From positions 6,896 through 70,895 of the forward strand of contig CAYPXH010000003.1 of assembly GCA_964414755.1 (NCBI GenBank): 64,000 nt of DNA, given 5' to 3'. Numbering within the stretch: the first letter of the stretch is position 1; each line of letters opens with the position of its first letter. The stretch is from an uncultured Rhodospirillaceae bacterium (lineage in GTDB: Bacteria; Pseudomonadota; Alphaproteobacteria; JAEUKQ01). The notes below the pieces were generated by a model that saw only the letters and a program-made list of their open reading frames with translations, had not been told where the DNA came from and ran no database searches. Made by a program: the position numbers and the translations under genes. Positions 20,791-33,206 of this stretch are shown in pieces.

Positions 20791-21902
20791 CAAATTTTCA
20801 GCATGTTTTTACGCCAATTCCAGATCTTATTCAGGAAGCTGCGCAAGGAAAAATGTTTATCCTGGTTGATGACGAGGATCGAGAAAACGAAGGTGATCTT
20901 GTTATTCCAGCTCAAATGGCCACGGGTGCTGCAATTAATTTTATGGCACGATATGGAAGGGGGCTTATTTGTTTGGCTCTAACGCGTGAACGGGTTGAGC
21001 AATTGCGTTTACCATTAATGTCGATGCGTAATGAAACGCGGCATCAAACTGCTTTTACAGTTTCTATTGAAGCCCGAGAGGGTATAGCAACTGGAATATC
21101 TGCATCAGACAGAGCCAGAACAGTGGCAACAGCTATTGATAATACCAAGGATTCTCGTGATATTGTTACGCCAGGCCATGTTTTCCCGTTGATAGCAAGA
21201 GATGGTGGCGTATTGGTGCGTGCTGGTCATACCGAGGCAGCTGTCGATATTGCAAGACTTGCTGGATTAAACCCATCAGGGGTTATTTGTGAGATATTGA
21301 ATGAAGATGGTACAATGGCCCGCCGCGATGATTTGGTTAAATTTGCCCATCATCACCAACTAAAAATTGGAACAATTGCAGATCTTATTGCTTATCGACG
21401 TAAATATGAAAAAGTTGTAGAGCGTAAAACAGAAAAGCGGTTGCAAAGTATTTATGGTGGCATGTTCCAGATGATTGTATATATCAATCGTTTTGCTTAT
21501 GCCGAGCACATTGCTTTGATCAAAGGCGATATCACAACACCAGGGCCAGTTTTGGTTAGAATGCATGCACTTAATATCTTGGAAGACGTTTTAGGTGAAA
21601 AACCAGCAACAGACAATAATACTGTACAAGCAGCGATGCAATTAATAGCAGCCGAAGGTCGGGGTGTTATTGTTCTGATCCGTGAGCCATCGCCAACAAG
21701 TGTAAGTAGCCAGGTTATCAAATCCTTAGCCCCCACAAGACCAGATAATCATGAGTTGCGTGATTACGGGGTTGGTGCCCAAATTTTAAAAGATATTGGT
21801 GTTAGCGAGATTACCTTGCTTAGCAATCATGTTCGTAATATTGTGGGAATCGAAGGGCATGGCCTTAAAATAGTTGGGCACCGCATATTACATAGTATTT
21901 AG
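20787..21902 (+). CDS. ribB: 3,4-dihydroxy-2-butanone-4-phosphate synthase (RibB) fused to a GTP-cyclohydrolase-II-like C-terminal domain that appears degenerate
   Basis: N-terminal DHBP synthase motifs (DDEDRENEGDL, RAGHTEAAVD). The C-terminal half aligns positionally with RibA but lacks the Cys-x-Cys zinc-binding cluster. Confidence 0.85.
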   Translation: MTNFQHVFTPIPDLIQEAAQGKMFILVDDEDRENEGDLVIPAQMATGAAINFMARYGRGLICLALTRERVEQLRLPLMSMRNETRHQTAFTVSIEAREGIATGISASDRARTVATAIDNTKDSRDIVTPGHVFPLIARDGGVLVRAGHTEAAVDIARLAGLNPSGVICEILNEDGTMARRDDLVKFAHHHQLKIGTIADLIAYRRKYEKVVERKTEKRLQSIYGGMFQMIVYINRFAYAEHIALIKGDITTPGPVLVRMHALNILEDVLGEKPATDNNTVQAAMQLIAAEGRGVIVLIREPSPTSVSSQVIKSLAPTRPDNHELRDYGVGAQILKDIGVSEITLLSNHVRNIVGIEGHGLKIVGHRILHSI

Positions 21903-21919
21903 AATACAGAAGATAAATT

Positions 21920-22441
21920 ATGGCATCTCATTTACATCAAAATATTGATAAAAGTAAACTTTCACAATCGGTTATTATAAATCCACCACCACATATTTTA
22001 ATAGTTATTGCACGATTTTATCATGATATAGCTGATGAGCTTTTGTTGTGTGCTTCTGAATATCTGAAAACGATAAAAGCAACCCATGATTTACTTGAAG
22101 TACCTGGGGCTTTTGAAATTCCATCTGCCATTAATATGGCTTTTATGGGTAGAAAACAGTATCCCAGCCAGCCACAGATAGATGGTGCTATTGCACTTGG
22201 ATGTGTTATCCGCGGTGAAACCAGCCATTATGATTATGTATGTGGTGAAAGTGCTCGTGGCCTACAACAATTGGCTTTGCAGCTTCTTCTGCCGATTGGT
22301 AATGGTATACTAACAGTGGAGAATAAGGCGCAGGCTTGGGAAAGAGCGCGTCGCAATCGCCAAAATAAAGGGGCTGAGGCTGCACATGCTTGTGTATCAA
22401 TGGTTGCTATTAAAAATAAATTTTTTTCTGGGTCAAAATGA
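21920..22441 (+). CDS. ribH: 6,7-dimethyl-8-ribityllumazine synthase
   Basis: 173 aa, lumazine synthase fold motifs (VPGAFEIP, HYDYV). Located between ribBA and nusB. Confidence 0.88.
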   Translation: MASHLHQNIDKSKLSQSVIINPPPHILIVIARFYHDIADELLLCASEYLKTIKATHDLLEVPGAFEIPSAINMAFMGRKQYPSQPQIDGAIALGCVIRGETSHYDYVCGESARGLQQLALQLLLPIGNGILTVENKAQAWERARRNRQNKGAEAAHACVSMVAIKNKFFSGSK

Positions 22442-22932
22442 CGTCCTTATCTAAGCGTTATCATCCTCTTCAACGTCATTTAACAAGACTAGCAATTGTT
22501 CAAGTATTATATCAGCATGATATGACCGCTGAACCTGTCGAGGAGATCGTTAGCCAATATCGCCAGCATGGTCTTATTCATTGGTCTGATTTTCTTCAAC
22601 AAGCTAAACTGGATTGGGATTTTTTGAACTATATTATATCCGAAGTTGTTCGTCATCAGCAAATATTGCGCGCGCTATTATCGACCAGTTTGGAAAAAGA
22701 ATGGCCAATCGAGCGCCTTGAAAATGTATTGCGTGCAATTTTGTTAGCAGCCGCCGCTGAATTTCAATTTTGTCATGAAACGCCCGCAAAGGTGATTATT
22801 ACTGAGTATGTTAGTATCACTGCTTGTTTTTATGACCGTAAAGAAGTGGGGTTTGTTAATAAAATCCTTGATGTTCTGGCTCAGCAAATAAGGCCAATGG
22901 ATAACCATGAACAGCCAAAAAGAACAGTTTAG
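22438..22932 (+). CDS. nusB: Transcription antitermination factor NusB
   Basis: 164 aa all-helical protein in the conserved rib-nusB-thiL context, with NusB-like N-terminal R-rich helices. Confidence 0.88.
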   Translation: MTSLSKRYHPLQRHLTRLAIVQVLYQHDMTAEPVEEIVSQYRQHGLIHWSDFLQQAKLDWDFLNYIISEVVRHQQILRALLSTSLEKEWPIERLENVLRAILLAAAAEFQFCHETPAKVIITEYVSITACFYDRKEVGFVNKILDVLAQQIRPMDNHEQPKRTV

Positions 22933-23926
22933 CGATAGTGATATCCCAAGCGAATTTGAAATTATCAAGCGGTTTTTTCGTCCTTTGGCCATAGGCAACA
23001 AGGCTAGTTTGGGTTTAAAAGACGATGTTGCCTTATTGCAACTTGACAAACAATCCCAAATAATCTTAACGGCAGATGCTGTTGTTGCTGGGGTGCATTT
23101 TTTTCCACAAGATCGTCCAGATCTAATCGCTCGTAAAGCATTACGCGTTAATATTTCTGACTTAGCTGCTAAGGGTGCTCAACCACTAGGTTATTTAATG
23201 ACCATTGCCATTCCAGCGGGGACTTCACAATTTTGGCTAGAAAATTTTGCAGCTGGTCTGAAAATTGATCAGCATGAATTTGGTATTAGTCTATTGGGTG
23301 GAGATACCGTTTCAACACCCGGCCATTTAACCATCTCTATTACAGCGATTGGAGTATTACCAAATCAAGCGCGTCTTCCGCAACGGTGTCATGCCCAAAT
23401 AGGCGACATTATTGGGGTTAGCGGAACAATTGGTGATGCAGCTTTAGGACTGCAGCTGTTAAAAGGAAGAATAAACATTGATTCGCAACTGAATAACAAT
23501 TTTTTAAAAGATCGTTATTGGATACCACGTCCAAGATTAGATTTAGGGATGGAACTTATAAAACATGGAGTGATTCATGCCATGATGGATATTTCAGATG
23601 GGTTGCTTGGTGATTTAAAGCATATCTGCAATGCTTCATCCGTCGGTGCCGAGGTTGATAGTACTGCTATTCCGCTTTCATCCGCTGCATTGGCAGCATA
23701 TCAAATTTATCCTGATATACTGCCGATTATTTTAACAGGTGGTGATGATTATGAATTACTTTTTACCGCGTCACCCGATTCTTGGCCTATTATTGAACGA
23801 TTTGGTCAAAAGCTCGGTGTACCTATTAATAAAATAGGCCATATTATTAGCGGTTCTGAATTGAGCGTACTTGATAAAGATGGTAAAAATTATCCGATCG
23901 AGCCAAAAGGTTACCAACATTTTTAG
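22907..23926 (+). CDS. thiL: Thiamine-monophosphate kinase
   Basis: AIR-synthase-related fold motifs (DDVALL...TADAVVAGVHF; ISDGL). Conserved nusB-thiL linkage. Confidence 0.88.
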   Translation: MNSQKEQFSDSDIPSEFEIIKRFFRPLAIGNKASLGLKDDVALLQLDKQSQIILTADAVVAGVHFFPQDRPDLIARKALRVNISDLAAKGAQPLGYLMTIAIPAGTSQFWLENFAAGLKIDQHEFGISLLGGDTVSTPGHLTISITAIGVLPNQARLPQRCHAQIGDIIGVSGTIGDAALGLQLLKGRINIDSQLNNNFLKDRYWIPRPRLDLGMELIKHGVIHAMMDISDGLLGDLKHICNASSVGAEVDSTAIPLSSAALAAYQIYPDILPIILTGGDDYELLFTASPDSWPIIERFGQKLGVPINKIGHIISGSELSVLDKDGKNYPIEPKGYQHF

Positions 23927-24079
23927 TTTTTTTTTAGAGCACTGTTTCTACTAATGATCAGTAAGTAATATCAACAAAACAAAGCTATAAGGCTATTGTT
24001 AGCAGTATATTATTTCCCCAAAAAAAATACACAAACATGATAATTCGTATAAATATCTAGGGGTTGCAAAGATTCGTGC

Positions 24080-24108
24080 TTGACTGAAATAAAACATCTC
24101 AATATTAT
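24080..24108 (+). promoter_or_regulatory. Sigma70-type promoter for the str operon (TTGACT-N17-TATTAT)
   Basis: Near-consensus -35 TTGACT at 24080-24085, a 17-nt spacer, and -10 TATTAT at 24103-24108, about 160 nt upstream of rpsL. Confidence 0.6.
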
Positions 24109-24265
24109 GCAGCGACATTGCGAAACTAGCAGTAGGCACGAGCAGGCTTAGACGTGGTTTCTATTCAGTTGTTGCCAAAAAATACTTTTTGGTTTAGGCC
24201 GCTCGAAGATACTTGCTTCTGAGCGGTTATTGTTTGTTATTTTAGTCGGTGATAGGAATTTTTGA

Positions 24266-24637
24266 ATGCCAACAATTAGTCAATTAATTCGCCATCCTCG
24301 TCAGGAGCGTAAAAGAAGGGAAAAAGCACCCGCATTAGCGGAATGTCCACAAAAACGTGGTGTTTGTACCCGTGTTTACACAACAAAACCAAAGAAGCCA
24401 AACTCGGCTCTTCGTAAGGTTGCGCGTATTCGTTTAACGAACGGGAATGAAATTACGGGGTATATTCCAGGTGAAGGACATAACCTCCAAGAACACTCAG
24501 TGGTGCTTGTTCGTGGTGGCCGTGTTCCCGATTTGCCAGGTGTTCGTTATCATATTGTGCGTGGCTCTTTGGATACCCAAGGGGTTCAAAAGCGCAAACA
24601 AGGTCGTTCTAAGTACGGTGCCAAAAGGCCAAAATAA
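24266..24637 (+). CDS. rpsL: 30S ribosomal protein S12
   Basis: [13 protein letters not shown]...[16 protein letters not shown]. Invariant S12. Confidence 0.98.
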   Translation: MPTISQLIRHPRQERKRREKAPALAECPQKRGVCTRVYTTKPKKPNSALRKVARIRLTNGNEITGYIPGEGHNLQEHSVVLVRGGRVPDLPGVRYHIVRGSLDTQGVQKRKQGRSKYGAKRPK

Positions 24638-24651
24638 TTTTGGAGTGTTAA

Positions 24652-25134
<483 letters not shown>

Positions 25135-25170
25135 TTGCGATAGAAACTTTATACAGGAACTAGGTTTACC

Positions 25171-27246
25171 ATGTCACGCGCAACTCCGATCGAACGATAC
25201 CGCAATATTGGTATTATGGCGCATATTGATGCCGGAAAAACAACAACGTCAGAACGTATTTTATTTTATACGGGCAAGGCGTATAAATTAGGCGAGGTTC
25301 ATGAGGGTACTGCAACCATGGACTGGATGGAGCAAGAGCGCGAGCGCGGTATTACGATTACTTCTGCTGCAACGACCTGCTTTTGGCGCGACCATCGAAT
25401 CAATTTAATTGATACACCTGGCCACGTTGACTTTACCATCGAGGTTGAGCGTTCGTTGCGTGTCTTGGATGGTGCGGTTGCGGTTTTTGATAGTGTTTCA
25501 GGCGTTGAGCCACAGTCCGAGACTGTGTGGCGCCAGGCAAACAAATACCGTGTTCCTAGGATTTGTTTTGTTAATAAAATGGATCGCATTGGTGCTGATT
25601 ACAAGCGGTGTATTGAGATGATCAGGGAAAGGCTAGGGGCTAAACCTTTGGTCATTCATTTGCCGATAGGGTCCGAAAGTGCGTTTGTTGGTATTATTGA
25701 TCTGGTTCAAATGAAAAGCATTATCTGGAAAGATGAAAGTTTGGGCGCCGAGTTTGTTATAGGCGATGTTCCGGCTAATTTGCTTAAGGAGGCAAATCAA
25801 TACCGTGCAAAATTAGTAGAAATGGCGGTTGAAGTTGATGATACCGCCATGGAAGCGTATTTGGAGGGAAATGAGCCTGACGAAGCAACCCTGCGTCGTC
25901 TGATTCGTAAGGGTACGGTTGAGGCTGCCTTTTTCCCCGTGATATGTGGGAGTGCTTTTAAAAACAAGGGTGTTCAAACATTGTTGGATACGGTTGTTGA
26001 TTATTTGCCATCACCGCAAGATGTTGGCGCGGTTAAGGGGATGAGCCTAGATGGTAAGAAGGAAATGGAGCGCCGGTGTAATGACAGCGAGCCATTCTCA
26101 GGTCTTGCTTTCAAAATTATGAGTGATCCTTTTGTTGGTACTCTAACCTTCGTTCGTATTTACTCAGGCGTATTAGCTTCCGGCACAACAGTTTTGAATA
26201 CTGTTAAAGATAATAAAGAGCGCGTCGGTCGTATGTTATTAATGCATGCTAACCAGCGTGAAGAAATTAAAGAGGGGCGCGCAGGTGATATTGTTGCCCT
26301 TGTTGGTCTTAAGGGAACAACAACCGGTGACACATTGTGTGATATGTCTAACCCAATACTTCTGGAACGTATGGAGTTCCCAGAGCCGGTTATTGAAGTT
26401 GCTGTTGAGCCTAAAAGCAAAGCCGATCAAGAAAAAATGGGTATGGCCTTAAATCGGTTGGCTCAAGAAGATCCGTCTTTCCGTGTTAGTGTTGATCCCG
26501 AAAGTGGCCAAACTGTTATTAAAGGGATGGGCGAACTGCATTTGGAAATTATTGTCGACCGTATGAAGCGTGAATATAAGGTCGAGGCCAATGTTGGCGC
26601 CCCACAGGTTGCCTACCGTGAGACAATTACCCGTTCAATTGAATATGATTACACGCACAAGAAGCAAAGTGGTGGTGCCGGTCAGTATGCAAAGGTTAAG
26701 ATCCGCTTTGAGCCAATGCCCCCAGGCAGCGGATTTAAGTTTGAAAGTGCGATTATTGGTGGTGCTGTTCCCAAGGAATATGTTCCGGGTGTTGAGAAGG
26801 GCTTAACTGCTGTTAAAGAATCTGGCGTTATCGCTGGGTTTCCGGTAATTGATTTTAAGGCAACGTTGATTGACGGTGGATATCACACGGTCGACTCGAA
26901 CGCATTAACTTTTGATATTGCCAGCCGCGCTTGTTTCCGTGAAGCAATGCCTAAAGCAGCACCGCGTCTTCTTGAACCAATTATGCGTGTTGAAGTTGTT
27001 ACCCCAGAAGATTATATGGGTGATATTATTGGTGATTTAAGCAGCCGCCGTGGCCAGGTTAATGGTATGTCGGCGCGCGGAAATGATCGCGTTATTGCTG
27101 CTATGGTACCTTTGGCCAACATGTTTGGGTATGTTAATACATTGCGCTCGATGAGTCAGGGGCGCGCGCAATATACCATGCACTTTGACCATTATGAGCA
27201 AGTGCCGCAATCTGTTGCAGATGAAGTTAAGGCTAAATACGCTTAA
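25171..27246 (+). CDS. fusA: Elongation factor G
   Basis: [27 protein letters not shown]-domain motifs; 691 aa. Confidence 0.98.
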   Translation: MSRATPIERYRNIGIMAHIDAGKTTTSERILFYTGKAYKLGEVHEGTATMDWMEQERERGITITSAATTCFWRDHRINLIDTPGHVDFTIEVERSLRVLDGAVAVFDSVSGVEPQSETVWRQANKYRVPRICFVNKMDRIGADYKRCIEMIRERLGAKPLVIHLPIGSESAFVGIIDLVQMKSIIWKDESLGAEFVIGDVPANLLKEANQYRAKLVEMAVEVDDTAMEAYLEGNEPDEATLRRLIRKGTVEAAFFPVICGSAFKNKGVQTLLDTVVDYLPSPQDVGAVKGMSLDGKKEMERRCNDSEPFSGLAFKIMSDPFVGTLTFVRIYSGVLASGTTVLNTVKDNKERVGRMLLMHANQREEIKEGRAGDIVALVGLKGTTTGDTLCDMSNPILLERMEFPEPVIEVAVEPKSKADQEKMGMALNRLAQEDPSFRVSVDPESGQTVIKGMGELHLEIIVDRMKREYKVEANVGAPQVAYRETITRSIEYDYTHKKQSGGAGQYAKVKIRFEPMPPGSGFKFESAIIGGAVPKEYVPGVEKGLTAVKESGVIAGFPVIDFKATLIDGGYHTVDSNALTFDIASRACFREAMPKAAPRLLEPIMRVEVVTPEDYMGDIIGDLSSRRGQVNGMSARGNDRVIAAMVPLANMFGYVNTLRSMSQGRAQYTMHFDHYEQVPQSVADEVKAKYA

Positions 27247-27277
27247 GATTTAATGACAATAAAGTGGATTTCATAAA

Positions 27278-27592
27278 ATGGAAAATCAAAATATACGAAT
27301 TCGGTTAAAGGCTTTTGATCATCGTCTGCTTGATCAGTCAACCAATGAGATAGTAAATACGGCAAAAAGAACAGGCGCAAAAGTTCGTGGCCCAATCCCC
27401 TTGCCAAATCATATTGAAAGATATACAGTGCTGCGCTCACCTCATGGTGACAAGAAAAGTCGTGAACAGTTTGAAATGCGCACACACAAAAGGTTAATGG
27501 AGATTGTTGAGCCAACACCGCAGACCGTTGATGCTTTAATGAAGCTCGATCTTGCTGCAGGTGTTGATGTAGAAATTAAGCTTAGAAGCTAA
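27278..27592 (+). CDS. rpsJ: 30S ribosomal protein S10
   Basis: [21 protein letters not shown]...; starts 31 bp after the fusA stop. Confidence 0.97.
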   Translation: MENQNIRIRLKAFDHRLLDQSTNEIVNTAKRTGAKVRGPIPLPNHIERYTVLRSPHGDKKSREQFEMRTHKRLMEIVEPTPQTVDALMKLDLAAGVDVEIKLRS

Positions 27593-27656
27593 CGCTGTTA
27601 GTGATATTTCGTAGGTAATTTGGGTAAGATTAACAGATTTGAGATTGGTGATTAAT

Positions 27657-28337
27657 ATGCGTACGGGTTTAATAGCACAAAAAGTTGGGATGACCCAATA
27701 TTTTCAACAAGATGGCACGCCACTACCTGTGACTGTGCTTAAGATTGATTCGTGTCAGGTTGTGGCTGTCAAGACCCAGGATAAAGACGGCTACGTGGCA
27801 TTACAGTTGGGGGTCGGTAAAGCAAAAGTAAAGAATGTTACCAAGCAATTGCGTGGTCATTTTGCTAAGGCTAAAGTTGAACCGAAACGCAAAGTGGCAG
27901 AATTTAGGGTTTCACCCGATGCCGTGATAACACCTGGGACTGAAATTACAGCCGATCATTTTGTGGTTGGTCAATTTGTTGATGTTTCGGGTATCACAAT
28001 TGGTCGTGGTTTTGCTGGCGCCATGAAGCGTCATGGTTTTGGTGGGTTGCGTGCAACCCACGGTGTTTCCATATCACATCGTAGCCATGGTTCAACCGGT
28101 AATCGTCAAGATCCAGGTCGTGTTTTCCCGGGTAAAAGAATGGCTGGTCATATGGGTCAAACCCGTATTACGGTTCAGAATCTGCAAGTTGTTATGACAG
28201 ATAAAGAAAAAGGTTTGGTTTTAGTAAAGGGTGCAGTGCCTGGGTGTGAAGGGGGATATTTGATTGTCCGTGATGCAATTAAAAAAACGCATAAGGACCT
28301 TCCGTTTCCAACCTCTACCGCTCAAGCAGCATCATAA
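27657..28337 (+). CDS. rplC: 50S ribosomal protein L3
   Basis: [14 protein letters not shown]... preceded by GGTGA. The ORF-track start at 27639 is a TTG-initiated extension. Confidence 0.96.
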   Translation: MRTGLIAQKVGMTQYFQQDGTPLPVTVLKIDSCQVVAVKTQDKDGYVALQLGVGKAKVKNVTKQLRGHFAKAKVEPKRKVAEFRVSPDAVITPGTEITADHFVVGQFVDVSGITIGRGFAGAMKRHGFGGLRATHGVSISHRSHGSTGNRQDPGRVFPGKRMAGHMGQTRITVQNLQVVMTDKEKGLVLVKGAVPGCEGGYLIVRDAIKKTHKDLPFPTSTAQAAS

Positions 28338-28352
28338 ACAGTAGGTATAATC

Positions 28353-28973
28353 ATGAAGGTTCAACTTTATTCATTAGATAATCAGTCTGTCGGTAATATT
28401 GATTTGGCCGACGATGTTTTTGGCTTACCCAATCGTAAAGATATTTTAGCACGTGCTGTTAATTGGCAGCTGGCTAAGCGTCGTGCTGGAACTCATAAAA
28501 CCAAGGAAATTGGTGATATTAGCGGTACAACCAAAAAGCCATGGGCACAAAAAGGTACCGGTCAGGCCCGTCAAGGTAGTTTGCGCTCACCACAATTTCG
28601 TAAAGGTGCGGTTATTTTTGGTCCTGTTGTGCGCAGCCACGAACATCAATTAAATAAAAAGGTTCGTAAATTGGCACTTAAGACCGCCTTGTCTGTAAAG
28701 CAGGCTGAAGGCAAGTTGTTAATCTTGGATAATGCAGACTTGGCCTCTTCCAAAACCAAAGATTTAGCTGCAAAAGTTGAAAAATTTGGCTGGAAATCAG
28801 TTTTGTTGATTGATGGTAATCAGGTAAATGAAAACTTAGAGCGCGCTTCTTCAAGTTTGGTGCATTTTGATGTACTACCGCAACAGGGTGCTAATGTTTA
28901 TGATATTTTACGCCACGATACTTTGGTCTTAACCCAGTCTGCCGTGCGTAGCTTAGAAGAGAGACTGTCATGA
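28353..28973 (+). CDS. rplD: 50S ribosomal protein L4
   Basis: 206 aa in the conserved S10-operon position; contains [16 protein letters not shown]. Confidence 0.96.
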   Translation: MKVQLYSLDNQSVGNIDLADDVFGLPNRKDILARAVNWQLAKRRAGTHKTKEIGDISGTTKKPWAQKGTGQARQGSLRSPQFRKGAVIFGPVVRSHEHQLNKKVRKLALKTALSVKQAEGKLLILDNADLASSKTKDLAAKVEKFGWKSVLLIDGNQVNENLERASSSLVHFDVLPQQGANVYDILRHDTLVLTQSAVRSLEERLS

Positions 28974-29308
28974 GTAAGAAAAAACAAGGTGCAGTTGCTG
29001 CGCCAGATAATAGCAAATTAGTTGCTTTGTACGATATTATACGCTCTCCAATTATTACCGAGAAGGCAACATTTATTTCCCAGTTCCGTCAATTTACGTT
29101 TCATGTGCCGATTGACTCAACAAAAAAGCTGGTGCGTGAAGCAGTTGAAGCGGTTTTTAAAGTGAAGGTGCTGGCTGTTAATACGTTGCGTCAAAAGGGA
29201 AAAACAAAAATTTTTCGTGGCCGTCGTGGGATGCGTTCAGATTATAAAAAGGCTATTGTTACCTTGGCTGAAGGCCAAACCATTGATGTAAATACAGGAG
29301 TCTCGTAA
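28970..29308 (+). CDS. rplW: 50S ribosomal protein L23
   Basis: Contains [11 protein letters not shown]; overlaps the rplD stop (ATGA). Confidence 0.95.
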   Translation: MSKKKQGAVAAPDNSKLVALYDIIRSPIITEKATFISQFRQFTFHVPIDSTKKLVREAVEAVFKVKVLAVNTLRQKGKTKIFRGRRGMRSDYKKAIVTLAEGQTIDVNTGVS

Positions 29309-29309
29309 A

Positions 29310-30131
29310 ATGGCCTTGAAGACATTTAAACCAGTAACACCGTCAACGCGTGGACTAATACTTGTTAATCGTGCCGAGCTTTACAAAGGTAGGCCAGAGA
29401 AATCATTGACCGTGGGTCTACGCAAAACAGGTGGCCGTAACAATAATGGTCGGATTACTGCGTGGCGTATTGGTGGTGGACATAAGCAATTGTATCGTTT
29501 TGTTGATTTTAAACGTCGTAAATTTGATATGCCTGCAGTTGTTGAACGGTTGGAATATGATCCAAATCGTACGGCTTTTATTGCGCTGATTAGGTATGAG
29601 GATGGCGAATTAAGCTATATTTTAGCCCCTCAACGCCTTAAAGCTGGTGATCAGGTTGTTTCCGGCGAGAGAGTTGACGTAAAACCTGGTAATGCCATGC
29701 CATTAAAAAGCATTCCTGTTGGTACGATAGTTCATAACGTTGAACTCAAACCAGGTCGTGGCGGTCAGTTTGCTCGTGCTGCAGGTGCATATGTCCAAAT
29801 TGTTGGTCGTGACGGTACCTATGTTCAGTTGCGCATGAATTCTGGTGAGTTACGTGTGGTTCGTGCAGAATGTATGGCCACAGTTGGTGCAGCTTCTAAT
29901 CCAGATCAGCAAAATATTAAGATTGGTAAGGCCGGTCGTCATCGTTGGATGGGCGTGCGCATGACTGTTCGTGGTAACGCAATGAACCCTGTTGACCATC
30001 CACATGGTGGGCGTGGCAACAAAGGAACGCATCCCAAAACCCCGTGGGGTAAGGGAACAAAAGGAAATAAAACGCGTCATAATAAGAAGACAGACGGGTA
30101 TATTATTCGTCGTCGTCATGCTGTGAATTAG
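29310..30131 (+). CDS. rplB: 50S ribosomal protein L2
   Basis: [15 protein letters not shown]...GGGHKQLYR...HPHGGG. Confidence 0.98.
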   Translation: MALKTFKPVTPSTRGLILVNRAELYKGRPEKSLTVGLRKTGGRNNNGRITAWRIGGGHKQLYRFVDFKRRKFDMPAVVERLEYDPNRTAFIALIRYEDGELSYILAPQRLKAGDQVVSGERVDVKPGNAMPLKSIPVGTIVHNVELKPGRGGQFARAAGAYVQIVGRDGTYVQLRMNSGELRVVRAECMATVGAASNPDQQNIKIGKAGRHRWMGVRMTVRGNAMNPVDHPHGGRGNKGTHPKTPWGKGTKGNKTRHNKKTDGYIIRRRHAVN

Positions 30132-30149
30132 GTAAGGAGATAATTAATA

Positions 30150-30434
30150 ATGCCTCGTTCAATTTGGAAAGGCCCATTTGTTGATGGATATCTGCTGAAG
30201 AAAGCTGAAACAGCTAGATCTTCTGGCCGTAATGATGTCATAAAAATCTGGTCGCGTCGTTCGACGATTTTGCCGCAATTTGTGGGGTTAACTTTTGGGG
30301 TTTATAATGGGCATAAGTTTTTGCCTGTATTTGTTACTGAGAATATGATAGGTCATAAATTTGGCGAATTCTCCCCAACACGTACGTTCAACGGTCACTC
30401 TGGTGATCGCAAAGCAAAAAGGACAGAAAAATGA
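30150..30434 (+). CDS. rpsS: 30S ribosomal protein S19
   Basis: [12 protein letters not shown]...GHKF. Confidence 0.98.
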   Translation: MPRSIWKGPFVDGYLLKKAETARSSGRNDVIKIWSRRSTILPQFVGLTFGVYNGHKFLPVFVTENMIGHKFGEFSPTRTFNGHSGDRKAKRTEK

Positions 30435-30805
30435 GCAAGAATAAGACCGTTCGTAGCTTTGCAGATAACGAAGCTGTGGCAAAAGTTTATAATCTTAAGG
30501 GTAGCCCGCGTCGCTTGAATTTAGTTGCGCAAATGATCCGTGGATTGCCCGTTCAACCTGCTTTGTCACATCTGCGCCTATCAAAAAGACGTGCTGCCCA
30601 CGATGTTAGGAAAGCGTTGCAATCGGCGATCGCAAACGCTGAAAATAACCATCAGTTAGATGTAGACCGGTTATATGTTGCTGAGGCAACGGTTGGTCGC
30701 GCTTTTGTGATGAAAAGATTCCATGCACGTGCCCGTGGGCGTGGTGCGCGCGTTGAAAAATTTTGGAGCCACCTAAGATTGGTTGTTCGTGAACAGAATC
30801 AGTAG
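30431..30805 (+). CDS. rplV: 50S ribosomal protein L22
   Basis: 124 aa in the conserved position after S19. Confidence 0.95.
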   Translation: MSKNKTVRSFADNEAVAKVYNLKGSPRRLNLVAQMIRGLPVQPALSHLRLSKRRAAHDVRKALQSAIANAENNHQLDVDRLYVAEATVGRAFVMKRFHARARGRGARVEKFWSHLRLVVREQNQ

Positions 30806-30819
30806 AAGGAGAATGCTTA

Positions 30820-31506
30820 ATGGGTCAGAAGGTAAACCCTACCAGCCTACGTTTAGGAATTAACAGGACATGGGATTCGCGTTGGTTTGCGAAAGCTGGT
30901 AAATATGCTGAATTGCTACATCAAGATTTTGAATTGCGCCGTTATCTTACAAAGCGGCTTGAGCAAGCTGGTGTAAGTCGTATTGTTATTGAACGGCCGA
31001 CAAAGAAAGCAAAAGTGACAATTCATACGGCTCGCCCTGGTGTTGTTATTGGTAAAAAAGGGACAGATATTGAGAAATTGCGCAGTGACCTCAGCAAATT
31101 GGCTAAAAGTGATGTAAGCTTGAATATTGTTGAAATTCGCAAGCCCGAGATTGATGCGAAGTTGATTGCAGAAGGTATTGCGCAACAGCTTGAACGGCGT
31201 ATTGCTTTCCGCCGTGCTATGAAGCGTGCTGTTCAATCAGCCTTAAGGCTTGGGGCTTTAGGTATTAGAATTAACTGTGGCGGTCGTTTGGGTGGTGCTG
31301 AAATCGCTCGCGTTGAGTGGTATCGTGAAGGTCGCGTGCCATTACATACGCTGCGTGCCGATATTGATCATGGTCAAGCGACGGCACATACAACTTATGG
31401 CACTTGCGGTATTAAAGTTTGGGTATACAAAGGTGATATTATGGCACACGATCCAATGGCCCAGGATAAAAAGATGCAAGATTCATCCTCCGCCAAAGCA
31501 TCGTAA
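30820..31506 (+). CDS. rpsC: 30S ribosomal protein S3
   Basis: [24 protein letters not shown]... Confidence 0.98.
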   Translation: MGQKVNPTSLRLGINRTWDSRWFAKAGKYAELLHQDFELRRYLTKRLEQAGVSRIVIERPTKKAKVTIHTARPGVVIGKKGTDIEKLRSDLSKLAKSDVSLNIVEIRKPEIDAKLIAEGIAQQLERRIAFRRAMKRAVQSALRLGALGIRINCGGRLGGAEIARVEWYREGRVPLHTLRADIDHGQATAHTTYGTCGIKVWVYKGDIMAHDPMAQDKKMQDSSSAKAS

Positions 31507-31531
31507 GTCGGAAGATATAAGGTAGGTTAAT

Positions 31532-31951
31532 ATGTTAGCACCAAAGAAAACAAAGTTTCGTCGGGCACACAAAGGAAGAATTCATGGATTGTCTCGTTCG
31601 GCAACATCCTTGAATTTTGGTTCTTTTGGCCTTAAGGCAACAGAGCCAGGACGTGTTACCGCGCGTCAAATTGAGTCAGCACGTCGTGCAATTACGCGGC
31701 ATATGAAGCGTTTGGGGCGTATTTGGATACGCATTTTTCCAGATGTACCTGTGTCTGTAAAGCCAGCTGAAGTACGTATGGGTGGTGGTAAGGGATCGCC
31801 TGAGTTTTGGGTAGCCCGTGTTAAACCAGGTCGTATTATGTTTGAGATTGATGGTGTTCCTGTTGATTTGGCAAAACGTGCTTTTGAGTTAGCTTCTGCA
31901 AAGTTGCCTGTCACAACACGGTTTATTGCCCGCTTTAGCGAGGAGAATTAG
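31532..31951 (+). CDS. rplP: 50S ribosomal protein L16
   Basis: [16 protein letters not shown]... Confidence 0.98.
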   Translation: MLAPKKTKFRRAHKGRIHGLSRSATSLNFGSFGLKATEPGRVTARQIESARRAITRHMKRLGRIWIRIFPDVPVSVKPAEVRMGGGKGSPEFWVARVKPGRIMFEIDGVPVDLAKRAFELASAKLPVTTRFIARFSEEN

Positions 31952-31953
31952 AA

Positions 31954-32148
31954 ATGAAAATGGAAGATTTGCGTGGAAAAACATCGGATCAGTTAAAAGG
32001 CGAGCTTCTATCTTTAAAAAAGGAAAGTTTTAATTTGCGCTTTCAACAAGCAAATGGTCAGTTGAAAAATACAAGCAGAATTAGGTTGGTGCGCCGTCAA
32101 ACTGCCCGCGTTCAGATGTTACTGAAGCAAATGGCAAAAAGTAATTAG
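31954..32148 (+). CDS. rpmC: 50S ribosomal protein L29
   Basis: 64 aa helical hairpin in the conserved position; contains [13 protein letters not shown]. Confidence 0.93.
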   Translation: MKMEDLRGKTSDQLKGELLSLKKESFNLRFQQANGQLKNTSRIRLVRRQTARVQMLLKQMAKSN

Positions 32149-32182
32149 TGTTGATTGGGCGGTACGAATAGGGATTTTAGAA

Positions 32183-32458
32183 ATGTCGAAACGAGTTTTA
32201 CAAGGAATTGTAGTGAGTGATAAAATGCAAAATACTGTGGTTGTTCAGGTTGAGCGCCGAGTTTTGCACGCGCTGTACCATAAATATCTGCGCAAATACA
32301 AGAAATATGCTGCCCATGATGCTGAAGGTGTGTGTCGCATGGGTGATGTTGTTGAGATTCGCGAATGTCCGCCAATTTCGAAAACAAAAAAATGGGAAGT
32401 GATCTCTCGTAAAGCTGGTTCCGGTGCTAGTGTTTCTGGTACTGAAAAGGGGATATAA
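32183..32458 (+). CDS. rpsQ: 30S ribosomal protein S17
   Basis: [21 protein letters not shown]... Confidence 0.96.
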   Translation: MSKRVLQGIVVSDKMQNTVVVQVERRVLHALYHKYLRKYKKYAAHDAEGVCRMGDVVEIRECPPISKTKKWEVISRKAGSGASVSGTEKGI

Positions 32459-32459
32459 C

Positions 32460-32828
32460 ATGATACAGATGCAAACGAATCTAGAAGTTGCAGATAATTC
32501 TGGTGCGAAAAAAGTCCAATGCATTAAGGTATTGGGTGGCTCCATGCGCCGTTATGCAACAGTGGGTGATATTATTGTTGTATCGGTTAAAGATGCTATT
32601 CCTAGGGGGCGTGTAAAGAAGGGTGATGTCCACAAAGCAGTTATTGTTCGTACATCTCGTAATATTAACCGTAATGATGGTACGTCAATTCGTTTTGATA
32701 CGAATGCAGCGGTCCTGGTTAATAAAGATGGAGAGCCAATAGGTACTCGTATTTTTGGCCCTGTTACACGTGAATTGCGTCAGAAAAATTTTATGAAGAT
32801 TATCTCGCTTGCGCCAGAAGTTTTATAA
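32460..32828 (+). CDS. rplN: 50S ribosomal protein L14
   Basis: [17 protein letters not shown]... Starts at the ATG at 32460, directly after the rpsQ stop; the ORF-track version at 32424 overlaps rpsQ. Confidence 0.97.
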   Translation: MIQMQTNLEVADNSGAKKVQCIKVLGGSMRRYATVGDIIVVSVKDAIPRGRVKKGDVHKAVIVRTSRNINRNDGTSIRFDTNAAVLVNKDGEPIGTRIFGPVTRELRQKNFMKIISLAPEVL

Positions 32829-32874
32829 GTTAGCGTAGGTTTTAGGTAGAGTTTGCAAAACTATAGGGTTTAAC

Positions 32875-33195
32875 ATGTCAGTAAAGTTTAAAGTTAAAAA
32901 AGGCGATAAAGTGATCGTTATTTCTGGCCGCAGTAAGGGGCAACAAGGCGAAGTTTTAAAAGTATTTCGTGAATCTGCGCGTGTTGTTGTTCAGGGCACT
33001 AATCTCGTGAAAAAGCATACAAAGCCATCAGCTAAATCTGCTGGCGGTGTGGTTGAAAAGGAAGCTTCAATTCACATTTCAAATGTTGCTCTCATCGATC
33101 CGGTTGAAGGTAAGCCAACGAAGGTTGGGTACCAAACAGTTGATGGTCGTAAAATTCGTATAGCTCGGCGTTCCGGGCAACCAATTGATCGCTAA
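32875..33195 (+). CDS. rplX: 50S ribosomal protein L24
   Basis: KOW motif [20 protein letters not shown]. Confidence 0.96.
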   Translation: MSVKFKVKKGDKVIVISGRSKGQQGEVLKVFRESARVVVQGTNLVKKHTKPSAKSAGGVVEKEASIHISNVALIDPVEGKPTKVGYQTVDGRKIRIARRSGQPIDR

Positions 33196-33206
33196 AGGGG
33201 TTTAGA

